Assembly: GCF_006345805.1 (NCBI RefSeq)
Contig: NC_043002.1
Location: forward strand, 79,236,001 to 79,300,000
DNA from: Octopus sinensis
Taxonomy: Eukaryota
Direction of reading: 5' to 3'
Length of the DNA: 64,000 nt
Below the pieces are notes generated by a model. That model saw only the letters and a program-made list of their open reading frames with translations. It was not told the DNA's origin and did not search any database. Below are positions 1 to 12,329 of this stretch, piece by piece. Within the stretch, counting starts at the first letter, position 1; each line of letters opens with the position of its first letter. The translations under genes and the position numbers were made by a program.

Positions 1-192
1 GTACGCTGGATGAAATGCTTAGCTGTATTTCGCCCGTCGCTACGTTCTGAGTTCAAATTCTGCCGAAGTCGAGTTTTATCTGTCATCCCTTCGGGGTCGA
101 TAAAACACTGGGGTCTATGTAATCGACTCATCCTCTCCCCACAAATTGCTGCCCTTGTGGCAAAATTTGAAACAATTGTTATTATTATTATC
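1..192 (+). mobile_element. tRNA-derived SINE family A, 5' end cut by window edge
   Basis: B-box-like GAGTTCAAATTC, core CATCCCTTCGGGGTCGATAAA, (ATT)n tail; many homologous copies in window. Confidence 0.8.
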
Positions 193-195
193 ATT

Positions 196-432
196 TGAAG
201 GCTCAGTGCTTAGAGCGTCGAGCTTACGATCGTGAGGTTGTGAGTTCGAATCCCGGACCGGGCTGCGTGTTGTGTTCTTGAACAAGACACTTTATTTCAC
301 GTTGCTCCAGTTCACTCAACTGTATAAATGAGTCACGACGTCACTAGTGCCACGCTGTATCGGCCTTTGCCTTTCCCTTGGATAACATCGGTGGCGTGGA
401 GAGAGAGGAGACTGGTATGCATGGGCGTCTGC
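196..432 (+). mobile_element. tRNA-derived SINE family C (V-domain-like)
   Basis: A-box-like GGCTCAGTG, B-box GTTCGAATCC (244-253), then GTGTTCTTGAACAAGACACTTTATTTCACGTTGCTCCAG shared with 42443-42756. Confidence 0.8.
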
Positions 433-603
433 TTCGGACAAGATGCTTAGCGTTATCACGTCTGGCATTAGATTTTGAGTTCGGCTTTGCCTATCTTTCC
501 TTCGGGCTCAATAATTTAAGTACCAGCTGCGCACTGGGGTCAACCCGAATATCCAAGTTACCCTTTCCAAGTATTGAGCTTATAGTAAAAAGGATTATTA
601 TTA
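433..603 (+). mobile_element. Decayed SINE family A
   Basis: ATGCTTAGCG...TTAAGTACCAG...CACTGGGGTC...AAAGGATTATTA match family A. Confidence 0.6.
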
Positions 604-648
604 CTATTGTGAGGTTGGTGGTATTGATAGTAGTGCTCATGGTGGTAG

Positions 649-700
<52 letters not shown>

Positions 701-1084
701 GAGGAGGATAATGGCGTTGATGGCGATGATGATAAAAGTTATGAAAGCATGCATGATGCAAGGAAGGGAAAAGAAAAGAAGGTAAGCGATGACGCCTTTG
801 GTGCTAATAATGCTTGTGCTACGGCTGCTGCTGCTGTTGCTGATAATGACGACAACGACGACGATGATGATGACGACGACGACGACGACGACGATGTTGA
901 TGATGATAATGAGGACGACGGTGATGATAGAAGACCAAAACGCTAATGATATTAAAATGTAGGGCTAATTTATCGGCAAGAAATGCGATACGGTAACAAA
1001 ATAATGAGTGATTTGTAGAACAATTACCTGAGACAAGCAAACAAATATGTAATAACGACCATAATAATAATAATGATGATGATA

Positions 1085-1129
<45 letters not shown>

Positions 1130-1676
1130 GTTATGATAATCACGGTAATAATGATAATGATAATAGCAATAACAAACTGTAACAAACATAAAGCCCCAAC
1201 CAAAACATACAACACTTTAATATGAACGATTAGAAAATTAGAAAATAGCAGATAATGGCGGCGTTTAAAGGATGTTCTTTGTTTATTGAAATTGTGATAG
1301 AGGAAAGAATGTGAAGAGGAAGGAAGGTAGGAAGGAAGGTAGGAAGGAAGAAAGGAAGGGGGGAGTAAAGAAGTGAGAGAAAAAGACAGAAACGAAGATG
1401 TGAATGTTAGTCATTTAATAGAGAGGGATGGAGAATGCAATAAAGAGAGAGAGAGAGAGAGAGAGAGGTGAGGGCGAGAGAGGGAGTAGGGAGGAGGGAG
1501 GGAGAGAGGGTGTGTGAGAGCGAGATGGAGAAAAGTAAAGAAAGAAGTGCTGGAAAAAAAAAAAATTTCCAAAGAATGTTTGAATGAGCGAACGAGAGAA
1601 AAATAATGTAGGTTGGTAGATGTGCGAAAGAAACAAAGTGTGAAATAGGTTGTGTGTGTGTGGTGTGTGTGTGTGC

Positions 1677-1732
<56 letters not shown>

Positions 1733-1765
1733 TATATATGTATATATATATATATTATATATATA

Positions 1766-1820
<55 letters not shown>

Positions 1821-1921
1821 ATTGTTGGCACTGTTAGTTACGAGCAGATCTTCTGAAGCGAGAGGAAGCCGAAAGGGTATGCTCCCACTTTCAGTGTTTT
1901 CAAATCCAAACCAGGGAGTTC

Positions 1922-1973
1922 TGAGCTGATGATAGAAATGTCGTATTGACTAATCTTGAAACGTACGTTCTCA
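1922..1973 (+). ncRNA. Minimal type-I hammerhead ribozyme motif, copy 1
   Basis: UGAG-CUGAUGA-[imperfect helix II]-GAAA-CGUACG-UU-CUCA; helix I UGAG/CUCA; palindromic helix III. Confidence 0.7.
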
Positions 1974-2477
1974 AATAACCTTTGCACTTGATTTTTTAAT
2001 GTCTCTACCCCCATATTTGCGGAGTTGAATTGAGCAAACACTATATGAGAGAGGTTTTCTTTAAGTATTAGAAATAGTTTTAAAAAAGTTTTCTTTGGCT
2101 GCTATTTCTAATGAGTTCAGTATGCGGCAAAGTAATTTATTTTACTAAGCCCTTTTATATAATGTAATAATTTGAATTCGCCTTAAATGGTCCCTTTGCA
2201 TACTGAATACTTGGTGAAATGATTAATTAATTAATTTTACCCTCAATTGTTGAAATTATAATTCATCTCTCTCTATATAATGCCGCGGATTTTACCGAAA
2301 AAAGCATAGTGTTTACTGATTTTAACCCACGCTGGTGGAAAGGGGAGAGCAGAAATTCTTCGCTTGCATTTTTGAGTTTGTTGGCACTGTTAGTTACGAG
2401 CAGATCTTCTGAAGCGAGAGGAAGCCGAAAGGGTATGCTCCCACTTTCAGTGTTTTCAAATCCAAACCAGGGAGTTC

Positions 2478-2529
2478 TGAGCTGATGATAGAAATGTCGT
2501 GTTGACTAATCTTGAAACGTACGTTCTCA
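2478..2529 (+). ncRNA. Minimal type-I hammerhead ribozyme motif, copy 2
   Basis: Same motif 556 nt downstream, one change in the helix II loop. Confidence 0.7.
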
Positions 2530-2812
2530 AATAACCTTTGCACTTGATTTTTTAATGTCTCTACCCCCATATTTGCGTGAGTTGAATTGAGCAAACACTA
2601 TATGAGAGAGGTTTTCTTTAAGTATTAGAAATAGTTTTAAAAAAGTTTTCTCTGGCTGCTATTTCTAATGAGTTCAGTATGCGGCAAAGTAATTTATTTT
2701 ACTAAGCCCTTTTATATAATGTAATAATTTGAATTCGCCTTAAATGGTCCCTTTGCATACTGAATACTTGGTGAAATTGATTAATTAATTAATTTTACCC
2801 TCAATTGTTGAA

Positions 2813-2858
<46 letters not shown>

Positions 2859-2965
2859 GATTGATAGATAGATAGATAGAGAGAGAGAGAAAGAGAGACT
2901 AGGATTATAACCAAGAGCTAGCTAGTGAGCTATGTGTATATATATGTATGTATATATGTATAAAT

Positions 2966-2997
<32 letters not shown>

Positions 2998-3014
2998 TAT
3001 ATATATTATATATA

Positions 3015-3045
<31 letters not shown>

Positions 3046-3186
3046 CATAAATGTATATGTATGTTATGCATATATATTAAGAGAGAGAAAGAGAGAGAGG
3101 GAGAGACAACGGGGAAGAGTGTAATCGCATAAGCAAGAACTTGACAGATGGATAGCCAGAAAGATAGACAAACATTGCTAGATAGA

Positions 3187-3231
<45 letters not shown>

Positions 3232-4299
3232 AGAGAGAGAAAGAGACAGAGAGAGAGAAACAGATAGAGAGAGAGAGAGAGGGGGGCATTGAGTGAGAAA
3301 AATTGAATGGCGGAAGGAAAAGAACGTAAAGTGCAAATTTCTATTTGATTAGACATATCTCTTCATTTACTTAATATTCACAACGAACAAATTGAATATA
3401 GTTGTAGAAATTAGGTTCACTTCACAGTTTCAGTTTTATTTGTTGTAATTGTACTTTTAGCTGGTGGAAACTAGGCGGAGAACGACAACAACAGCACCAC
3501 CAACAGTGTCAACAGCAGCAAAAACAATAACAACATCAAAAACACTAACGTTAATAAGATGGAGACAAACAAAAACAGCCGCACAAACGTCTAATGGCGA
3601 CGTGTAAGCTTCAACAAGCGTTCAAGTTCTTAATTTTGCTTCTTTGTTTCTTGCAGTTCTTTAAATGTCTCAGTCGATAAGTAGCTAGAGAAATTACTTT
3701 AGTTTCACGTTCCAACGACATCAGATTTGATCGGCTACATGACGGTGAAACCGAGTGTGAATCTATTTTTTAAAAAAATGGTCATTTATACTTGAGATTT
3801 AAAAAGACACATACACACACATACACGCACGTATGCACGCACACACATACACACTGAAGTGGAGAAATAATCGTCAAACGGTGATTATTAACAGATACTT
3901 CTCTATCAAGATTTAGATCTAAATCCATTGGATAACTTAATAGTACATTGTAAGAGTGACCGAAACATACGTAGCTTAAGGATTCTGTATCAGAAATCAA
4001 TGGATCCTGTGCCAAGTTGCGGAACCGATGAAAGAACCTATTTGTGATCGCTCGAATGCTAGAAATAGTAGATGAATTCTCCATTAATCATGCCCTATCA
4101 TCTTAAATGGAAAGGAAGGACATGTTGTATAATATAGTTCCAGATATAGTTCTAGATATAAAAATAAACACATATGAGAACATTATTGTTAGAAGACCTT
4201 TGATTATAGGTTTACATAATTAGGGATGAGCTGGGAATTAACAACAACAACAACGGCGACGGCCAGGACGACGGCGAAGACGCCGACAACGACGACGTC

Positions 4300-4393
4300 G
4301 ACGACAAAGACGCCGACGACAAAGACGCCGACGACAAAGACGCCGACGACAAAGACGCCGACGACAAAGACGCCGACGACAAAGACGCCGACG
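4300..4393 (+). repeat. 15-bp minisatellite (GACGACAAAGACGCC) x6
   Basis: Six perfect units read directly. Confidence 0.95.
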
Positions 4394-4611
4394 TCACCGC
4401 TTCACTTTCTGTATACATCCTTTAACAAAGAGAAATTCAAATATCTTTGATAATTCGAGTGCTAAAGATATCGCTAGACAGTGAATAACTAATGGTGCTA
4501 ATGGAGGTGCTGATGCAGTTGAATAACTAATTACATTAGATTAGATGTGGATTGCGGGTCCTGAAATGGCGGAGGAGAGAGCACATATGACAGGAAATAA
4601 GGAAATATCGA

Positions 4612-4822
4612 TTTTAAATTTTGGCTCAAGGACGTTAATTTCGGGGGTGGAGGTAAGTCAATTATATCGACTCCAGTGCTTAACTGGTACTTATTTTATG
4701 GACCCCGAAAGAATGAAAAGCCAAGCTGACCGTGGCTGAATTTGAACCCAAAGCCTAATGATGGACAAAATGTCGCTAAGCATTTTGCTGAGTGTGCTAA
4801 CAATTCTGCCCGCTCGCCGCTT
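4612..4822 (-). mobile_element. SINE family A
   Basis: Reverse complement of family A (CTGGTACTTATTTTAT..GACCCCGAAAG..GAATTTGAAC..CGCTCGCCGC). Confidence 0.75.
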
Positions 4823-4858
4823 TAATGATAGCAAATATTAATACACACATATTATTTA

Positions 4859-5047
4859 CCGTATTTGATGGCATATAACACGCACTTTCTTTCCAAAGTA
4901 TGTCTCAAAAATGATCCCGGGTCCTGTATGCGAAGCTAGGCCTATATTACTGGCTTTAATGCACAAAAAACATTTTGCCTGAATATACGCCGCTGAAATT
5001 GGGATGTGTCTAATATATCCATGCGTCTTTTATGCCATCAAAAACGG
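4859..5047. mobile_element. Short MITE, Tc2/pogo-like TIRs
   Basis: TIRs CCGTATTTGATGGCATATAACACGCA / TGCGTCTTTTATGCCATCAAAAACGG; TA on left. Confidence 0.75.
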
Positions 5048-5234
5048 CATCTGATTCTTAATAAAGATTGGTTGGTCAGCAGTTTGGAGGAATTTTTGTA
5101 ACCTGAACGTAGGAGATTAGAAAAAATGTTCTTCCTGTATGAAGCATTGATGGTTATTGACATATGAAGAACCTGAGCTTCATTGCTTAATTAGTCTACT
5201 CATGTGCACAAATACGTACAGCTGCAAAGACCTA

Positions 5235-5705
5235 CCGTAAATCCTCGAGTGTAATCCGCATTTTCCCGCCAAAATTTAAAGACCAAAATCCCCAGTGTGT
5301 ACTATACATGGTTAAAAATGAAAATTATTTTCTAAGCAATTTCCGAGTCTCTATTTTTTTGTTCGGCAATGTTTATTCAGACGCATTTTATGATGTCGGG
5401 CGCGAAAATACCTTAAATCATCCATAACTTGTAGTTAGCAACCTTTATTAAACGTTATTACTGTTATTTTCTGCACACAAAATGCACAAAAAAGCTACTC
5501 GTTTGCATTATGTTATATATACAATAATAATAAAGGACGTTACCGTATACATTTTTACAAACCAAGGACGTTATATAGAACTCCTTGACTCAAGTTAGAG
5601 AAGGGGTGTGTACTATACACAAGGTTTAGTTTTTTCAGAGGTACAATCCCCTAAAAATCCCCTGCGTATTATACTCAAGGTCGGACTATACTCGAGGATT
5701 TACGG
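5235..5705. mobile_element. MITE, Tc2/pogo-like, TA TSD
   Basis: TIRs CCGTAAATCCTCGAGT / ACTCGAGGATTTACGG with TA both sides; second copy at 49781-50320. Confidence 0.9.
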
Positions 5706-6774
5706 TATGTCCTTTTGCCGTAGAGCATTTTCATTTGAATGCTCCTGCAACTGTTAGCACACCAGTAGTTTATCAATCTCATCCAAGATTGGTATGTAGG
5801 CATGTATTCTAGAAAAGCTTGCCTAGCTAATGTCTACCCTATCTATATCAATGTGCATTTGTGCATCTTTAATAAATTATTGATGAACGTGTGGGACCCG
5901 TGGAAATTCCACGGAATTGGAAAAATTAGGAGAATCTATTTAAGAAAAAATATGGTGATTTGCTTTTTTATAGCGTTCATTGTTTAGCTTTCTTTTAATG
6001 TTCATCTACATTCATTTTCTCACGTCTCCCTCGGTGTTGTCTTTTGCCTCTTATATTTTCTCGCTGTTCATCTCTGATCTGTGCTATATAACTGCGCAAT
6101 CCTTTCTCGGGCAGCTTGCAACAGTGTTTCTTGTAAACCAAGAGTTATGGCTAAATTAACTCTTATAAACAAATACCAATTTCTTTTTAAGTGAGCAGAC
6201 GATAAATAATTGCACTTATTCGTATGCGATGGTCACTTTATAAAAAAAAAAAAAAACTAGTTCAATAAACAGAGATACTCTTCACTATCAACACAAAACC
6301 ACCACCACCACCACCACCACCACCACTACCGCCGCTATCTGCCTTTCTCTGTCTGTCTGTCTCTCACAATTAACTGCCTTCCTTGTCTATCTTCAGCTAA
6401 TTTTTGAACCACGTAATAAGTATTCCTTCCCCTACACCACCGCACGTCGTTAACACTGCCCTCACCTTCTTTCCTTGTTCTTCGCCTCTACCTTCAGCCG
6501 ACCACGTGACCATTTGGCCTAGGCGTATTCATATTAATCACCTTTCTCTACTTCTTCCTCTCTACTTTCTTCACTCCTCCCTCTCTCTCACTCATCTCCA
6601 CCCCTCTAACTAACTAATGTATAACGGGCGAACGAACAAGCAAATTATTATACAGATTAGCAGTATTTTGTTTCGATGCTATACTTTATTGCCCGATATA
6701 TATCTACATATTTCTAGCCAACACTGTAAGTATTTACACATGTCACAACCTGAGCGTATCACAAATTTGTGATC

Positions 6775-6968
6775 TCTGTAGCAGTTGCAGTAGAGCGCTT
6801 CGAGGAGATCGGCGTATTTGCGTAATGCTCGTAGTGCAGACCATCCAAACGGGGTAACTTGCGCCTTGTGCAGCCGACAAGAGCATTCCTCAGTTTCGGC
6901 TGAAATTATCGGCCTTTCGCAGCGCTCATCATCGGCCGTCGAGAAGCGCGGCAAGCCCTCGAAGTAGC
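6775..6968 (-). pseudogene. L1/Tx1-clade ORF2 fragment upstream of RT, inverted
   Basis: YFEGLPRFSTADDERCERPIISAETEE, frameshift, GCTRRKLPRLDGLHYEHY (cf. KSPGLDGLPYE), then ADLLEALY. Confidence 0.7.
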
Positions 6969-6976
6969 GAATAATG

Positions 6977-7030
<54 letters not shown>

Positions 7031-7061
7031 TAATAATATGATAATAATAATAATAATAATA

Positions 7062-7103
<42 letters not shown>

Positions 7104-7120
7104 TGATGATGATGATGATG

Positions 7121-7169
<49 letters not shown>

Positions 7170-7221
7170 TAATAATAATCCTTTCTACTAAAAGTATAAA
7201 GCCTGAAATTTGGTGGGAGGG

Positions 7222-8692
7222 TACCAGACGAAAGCTGGCTTCGGTGATGCCCTGATCAATTTAGATCAGTCGAAAGCATTCGATAGAGTAGACCATCGTT
7301 TTTTAGAAGCCGTCCTTAAAGCGGCCGGTTTCGGACCCGTTTTCAGAGGCTGGATTGCTACAATGCACAGCGGTACCTGTTCGGTGGTCAAAGTAAATGG
7401 CCACGTATCGGAACTGTTTAGTATCGCACGTTCGATTCGTGAGGGCTGCCCGCTGTCACCGCTTCTGTATGTGCTGGCTCTCGAATCACTGCTGCAGAAG
7501 TTGGAACAGTCAAGAGGCCTTCCTTTCGAAATTGGACTAGGGAGAGCAGTGTCGGCGTACGCGGACGACGTCACCGTCATGGTGTCGGATGCTTCCGAAG
7601 TGGAGACGGTCAGCTCCATGGTAAAGGAATATGAGTCGGTTGCAGGGGCCAAAATCAACACCAACAAATCGGTGGGATTACGACTGGGCGCTTGGAGAGG
7701 CAGATCGATGCCGTCGGATGGTGTCGTCGGACGCTGGACTGACGGACCAGTTAAACTGCTCGGGGTCTGGTTCGGTCTCGACCTCAGGTGGATAAGAATT
7801 GAGAAGAGGTGACAAACAGGGTGGTCTATCTTACCCAGAAATGGGCAGCGAGGAAGTTGTCTGTGAAAGGTCGGGCAGAGATGACGAATGCCTACATCGC
7901 CTCTGTCATTATTTTTGCCCTATTTACTGTTTGATTAGATTGGAGCGTATCCTGTTTATTTTCTAGTGGAAGGGACGCGTTCCAATGATCAAGCGGTCGG
8001 TCTGTTGCCAACTCCCTCTGAGTGGCGGCCTAGGCATGCCATGGCTTTTGATGCGCAGACACGCACTCAGGTTGAGCCACCTATAGCGATTTCCAGAAGA
8101 TGAACGTGTGTGGGCTCCATCTGTGAGACACGCCTTTCCGCAGCTCGTCTCCTTGGCGGAGCTGCTGTCCTGGGTAAAGGATAGGCCGAGACTGGGCGCC
8201 TGGCATTTAGAATGTTATCAGGCGCTCACTTTCCTCTAAAAGTTGGGTAATAGGATCGGTAGATGTTCCACTTTAGCTATACACAGAAGATTAGTGGCGG
8301 GGAAGTCCTCGAGTGAATTTATCAATAAGTGGGTGAAAGTTGTGAAAATGGCAAGAGTGGATGGTACCACTCTCAGTGTAGACTTGTGTCAGAAGAGAGG
8401 AGTTGGAGAGGACTCTCGCCTTTGGTATTCAGAGTGATCTTGGATGGTGAGGCTCCTTGATTATCCCTGCATCAGGGGGACCCCATCACTATCACATTTT
8501 TCTTTCCTCTTCTTCTAGTATCGTATACTATGTATACTTCCCTTCTTATAATGTATACCGTGTATACTTTTTATTTCATTTTATTTATCTTAATTTTTTA
8601 AAATTTTATCATTCCATTATATGTAACCCTCCACACTTTGTCTCCGTATTGTCCCCCCATTCATCCTTCGCCCTACTGGCAAATAAAATAAA
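7222..8692 (+). mobile_element. 5'-truncated L1/Tx1-clade LINE (RT pseudogene plus 3' UTR)
   Basis: LDQSKAFDRVDH, REGCPLSPLLY, AYADDV, KLLGVWFG; later frames KLSVKGR, GGLGMP with stops; apparent internal deletion; AATAAA then (CAT)n/(CAC)n tail. Confidence 0.92.
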
Positions 8693-8757
8693 TCATCATC
8701 ATCACCACCACTACCACCACCACCACCACCACCACCACCACCACCACCACCACCACC

Positions 8758-8880
<123 letters not shown>

Positions 8881-9155
8881 ATTAATACTATAGTCTTTTT
8901 TTATGTTAAACAAAGAAGGAATGAAAAACACAAGCCAAGTGACATTATTCAGCATATCTATTTTATATCTTTAATTAAAAATCTTCCTCCTTATCTGTTG
9001 CTCACAGTTTATCACTTCGATCTTTTATATGGCGGAGAGAAGGAGGAGGAGGGAAAAAAGGAGGAGGTGGGAGAAGAGTAAGAGGAGACGGTAAGTGTGA
9101 GAGAAGCATAAGAAGTGGAGAAAGATGGGTTGTCGAGAGAGAGAAACTATATATA

Positions 9156-9195
<40 letters not shown>

Positions 9196-9641
9196 AAGAG
9201 AAAAAGATAGAGAGAGAATAAGAAAGAGAGAAATAGAAGAGTGAGAAAGAGGATGAGAGAGAGAGAGAGTGTTGAGAGTCAAAGAGGTGAAAAATTGAAA
9301 GGAAGCGAGTAGGTGAAAACAGAAGGAAAAAGGGGGAAGCAGAAGGAAGGGGAGGAGGAGGAAGATGTGAGGCAGCAGCAGCAGCAGCGGCAGCAGCAGA
9401 AGAAGAAGAAGAAGAAGGAGGAGGAGGAGGAGAAGAAGAAGAAGAAGAAGGAGGAGGAGGAGGAGGAGGAGAAGGAAGAAGAAGAAGAAGAAGAAGAAGA
9501 AGATGAAGAAGAAGAAGAAGAGGAGAAGAAGAAGAAGAAGAAGAAGAAGAAAGAAGAAGAAGAAGTAGAAATAGAAGAAGAAGAAGAAGTAGATAACCCT
9601 CAGAAAAATGGATAACAAGAACAGCAACAACAACGTAAACA

Positions 9642-9676
<35 letters not shown>

Positions 9677-9840
9677 ATGGCAACAACAATAACAAAAACA
9701 ATAACAATGATTCTAAAAAGGAAGTTATATGAGATGGAATAACAATAGTGAAACCAAAGGAGAGGCATGTAGGGAAGATAGAAGTAAAAATATAGTCGGG
9801 TAGGGGGTTGTATGATGATGGTGATGATGATGATGATGAT

Positions 9841-10127
9841 GATGATGATAGGAATGGGATGACAATGACGATGATGATGAAGACGAAGACGATGATGATG
9901 ATGGTAAGATGATGATGATGATAATAATGATGATGATGATGATTATGATGATGATGACGATGATGATGGCGATGATGATGATGATGATGATGATGATGAT
10001 AGGAATGGGATGACAATGATGATGATGATGAAGACGAAGACGATGATGACGATGGTAAGATGATGATGATGATGATAATGACGATGATGATGATGATGAT
10101 TATGATGATGATGACGATGATGATGGC

Positions 10128-10160
<33 letters not shown>
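9841..10160 (+). repeat. Tandem duplication (~151 bp period) within (GAT)n field
   Basis: AGGAATGGGATGACAATGA...GAAGACGAAGAC...GGTAAGA at 9850 and 10001. Confidence 0.8.
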
Positions 10161-10175
<15 letters not shown>

Positions 10176-11043
10176 GATGATGACGACGATGATAATGAAG
10201 TTAAATGATGATGATGGTGATGGTGATGATGACGACGACGATGATAATGAAGTTAAATGATGAGGGTGATGACATGAAACAACGAGGACGATGACATAAG
10301 AAGGATGATGTTGATGATGACAGTGTGTATGAAGATGATAACTGTAAAGGCAATGATGACGGTTATGATAAAGACGACGACGACGTTGACGATGACAATG
10401 ATGGTGATGATGATGATGATGATGGCAAACCTAATGATGATGGTGACCCGTCATGATGATGATGATGATGATAAAGTCGATGACAAGGTGAATATCACGA
10501 ATAGGATGATGATGATGATGATAATGATGCTGGTGGTGATGATGATGACGACCACCACCAGCACGATCATTACGTTGATGGCGACGAAGAATAAAAAAAA
10601 AAGAATAAAAGAAAAAGCAAAGCGGAAAAATAACAGCGCAGCAAATAGCAATAGGAGAGAATGGCGAAGAGAAAAATATGGAAAGGCAGAAGAAAGAAAG
10701 TATAAGTGGGAGATGTCAAGGAAGGTCTTTTTTTTTTTTTTTTTTAATATTCTCTTTTTCCTCCCTCCTCCTTCTCCTCCCCCTCTTCCCTCTATTTTAT
10801 AGTGTTGTTAGAAACGTTATTTCCGTTGCCGGAATTAGTCGCAACATTTTCGTTCTGGACAGCTTGTCAGGATAGAGGCCAAATTTCTCATTAGATTATT
10901 CATGAAGAAACTCTTGCAGTTTTTGATTGGTACCACCAAATCTGAACAGAAATCACATATAATATACATACATACATACAAACACACACACATACATACA
11001 TACACATACATACATATATATGTATGTATGTATGTATGTATAT

Positions 11044-11091
<48 letters not shown>

Positions 11092-11525
11092 ATAGATGTT
11101 TGCATGTGTATATGAGTGTATGATATGTATGATATGTATGATATGTGTGTGTGTGTGTGTGTGTGTGTACTGTGGCGGCAATTAGTTTAAACTCAGAGTA
11201 TACTACCGATTGAATGTTAATCACTTCCGTTTGTTTAATCACTAACAATCCAAAGTGTGAATAACTAAAAACAGAAATTTTATGACATGAAAATTTTAAT
11301 AAGCATGATGCAGTTATCGACATTATTGGTAAAGCCACAAAGAGAACATGATATCATAGAAAACGAAATTATTTGATTTTTATATTCGCTGTTATAATAG
11401 GATAACATATCAATAATTATTTGATTATATCATCCTAAGATCTTGTGAATCGGATGGTTCATTATGTCAGTAATAAACACATGAGCTGTTCTATTTCACT
11501 TCTTTAATGTTCGTAAATTGTCTCT

Positions 11526-11801
11526 CTCTTTTACTCTTTTACTTGTTTCAGTAATTTAACTGTGGCCATGCTGGAGTACCGCCTTTAGTCGAGCAAATCG
11601 ACCCCGGGACTTATTCTTTGTAAGCCTAGTACTTATTCAATCGGTCTCTTTTTACCGAACCGCTAAGTTACGGGCTCGTAAACACACCAGCATCGGTTGT
11701 CAAGCGATGATGCGGGGACAAACACAGACACACAAACATATACGCATACATACATACATACACACACACACACGTGCACACACACACACACACACACACA
11801 C

Positions 11802-11839
<38 letters not shown>

Positions 11840-12123
11840 CGTGATCACTGTTACCGACCAGGCTATCAGATTTTGCTACACATCGTTGGTCACAATGCGC
11901 TTCGCATTGTTTTAGCCTTCAAATGACTTCACCCCGAAAGAGTGAGAGAAAGTTGTGGCGAAAGAGTACAGCAAGGATCGCCACCACCCTCTGCCGGAGC
12001 CTCGTGGAGCTTTAGTTGTTTTCGCTCAATAAACACTCACACTCACAACGCCAGGTCTGAGAATCAAAACTGCGATGCTACGACTGCGAGTCCGCTGCCC
12101 TAACCACGGAGCCATTGCGTCTC

Positions 12124-12185
<62 letters not shown>

Positions 12186-12321
12186 GACGGGCTTCTTTCA
12201 GTTACCGTCTACCAAATCCACTTACAAGGCTTTGGTCGACTATAGTAGAAAACACTTGCCCAAGGTGCCACGCAGTAGGACTGGACCCGGAACCATGTGG
12301 TTCGTAAGCATGCTACTTACC
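11526..12321 (-). mobile_element. SINE family B (tRNA head, CORE-like CCTTGGGCAAGTG, internal microsatellite) with nested SINE D
   Basis: Tail ...GAAACAAGTAAAAGAG; body matches 25069-25488. Confidence 0.85.
11836..12126 (-). mobile_element. tRNA-derived SINE family D nested in SINE B
   Basis: Minus strand TGGCTCCGTGGTTAGGGCAGCGGACTCGCAGTCG...GTTTTGATTC, A/B-box-like. Confidence 0.7.
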
Positions 12322-12329
12322 TAATCATT

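Larger units (their letters stand above)
1822..2814 (+). repeat. Tandem 556-bp unit (~1.8 copies), PLE pseudo-LTR-like, inside (TA)n
   Basis: 1822-2256 nearly identical to 2378-2814; unit end ACTTGGTG..AATT..ACCCT resembles 15851-15915 and 46113-46182(-); hammerhead motif in each copy. Confidence 0.85.

Noticed and set aside
196-262. tRNA gene
   Set aside because: A/B boxes run into a SINE body; no acceptor stem or terminator.
1838-2594. Duplicated 66-67 aa ORFs
   Set aside because: Antisense to the hammerhead repeat, non-ATG starts, indel between copies, no recognisable domain.
4212-4450. Mucin-like TKTPT repeat ORF
   Set aside because: Product of a 15-bp minisatellite in a (GAC)n field; no splice or domain support.
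6490-6530. CACGTGAC E-box as promoter
   Set aside because: Single short motif with no supporting context.
6679-6954. Cys-rich 91-aa ORF as a host gene
   Set aside because: Explained as a frameshifted Tx1/L1 ORF2 fragment.
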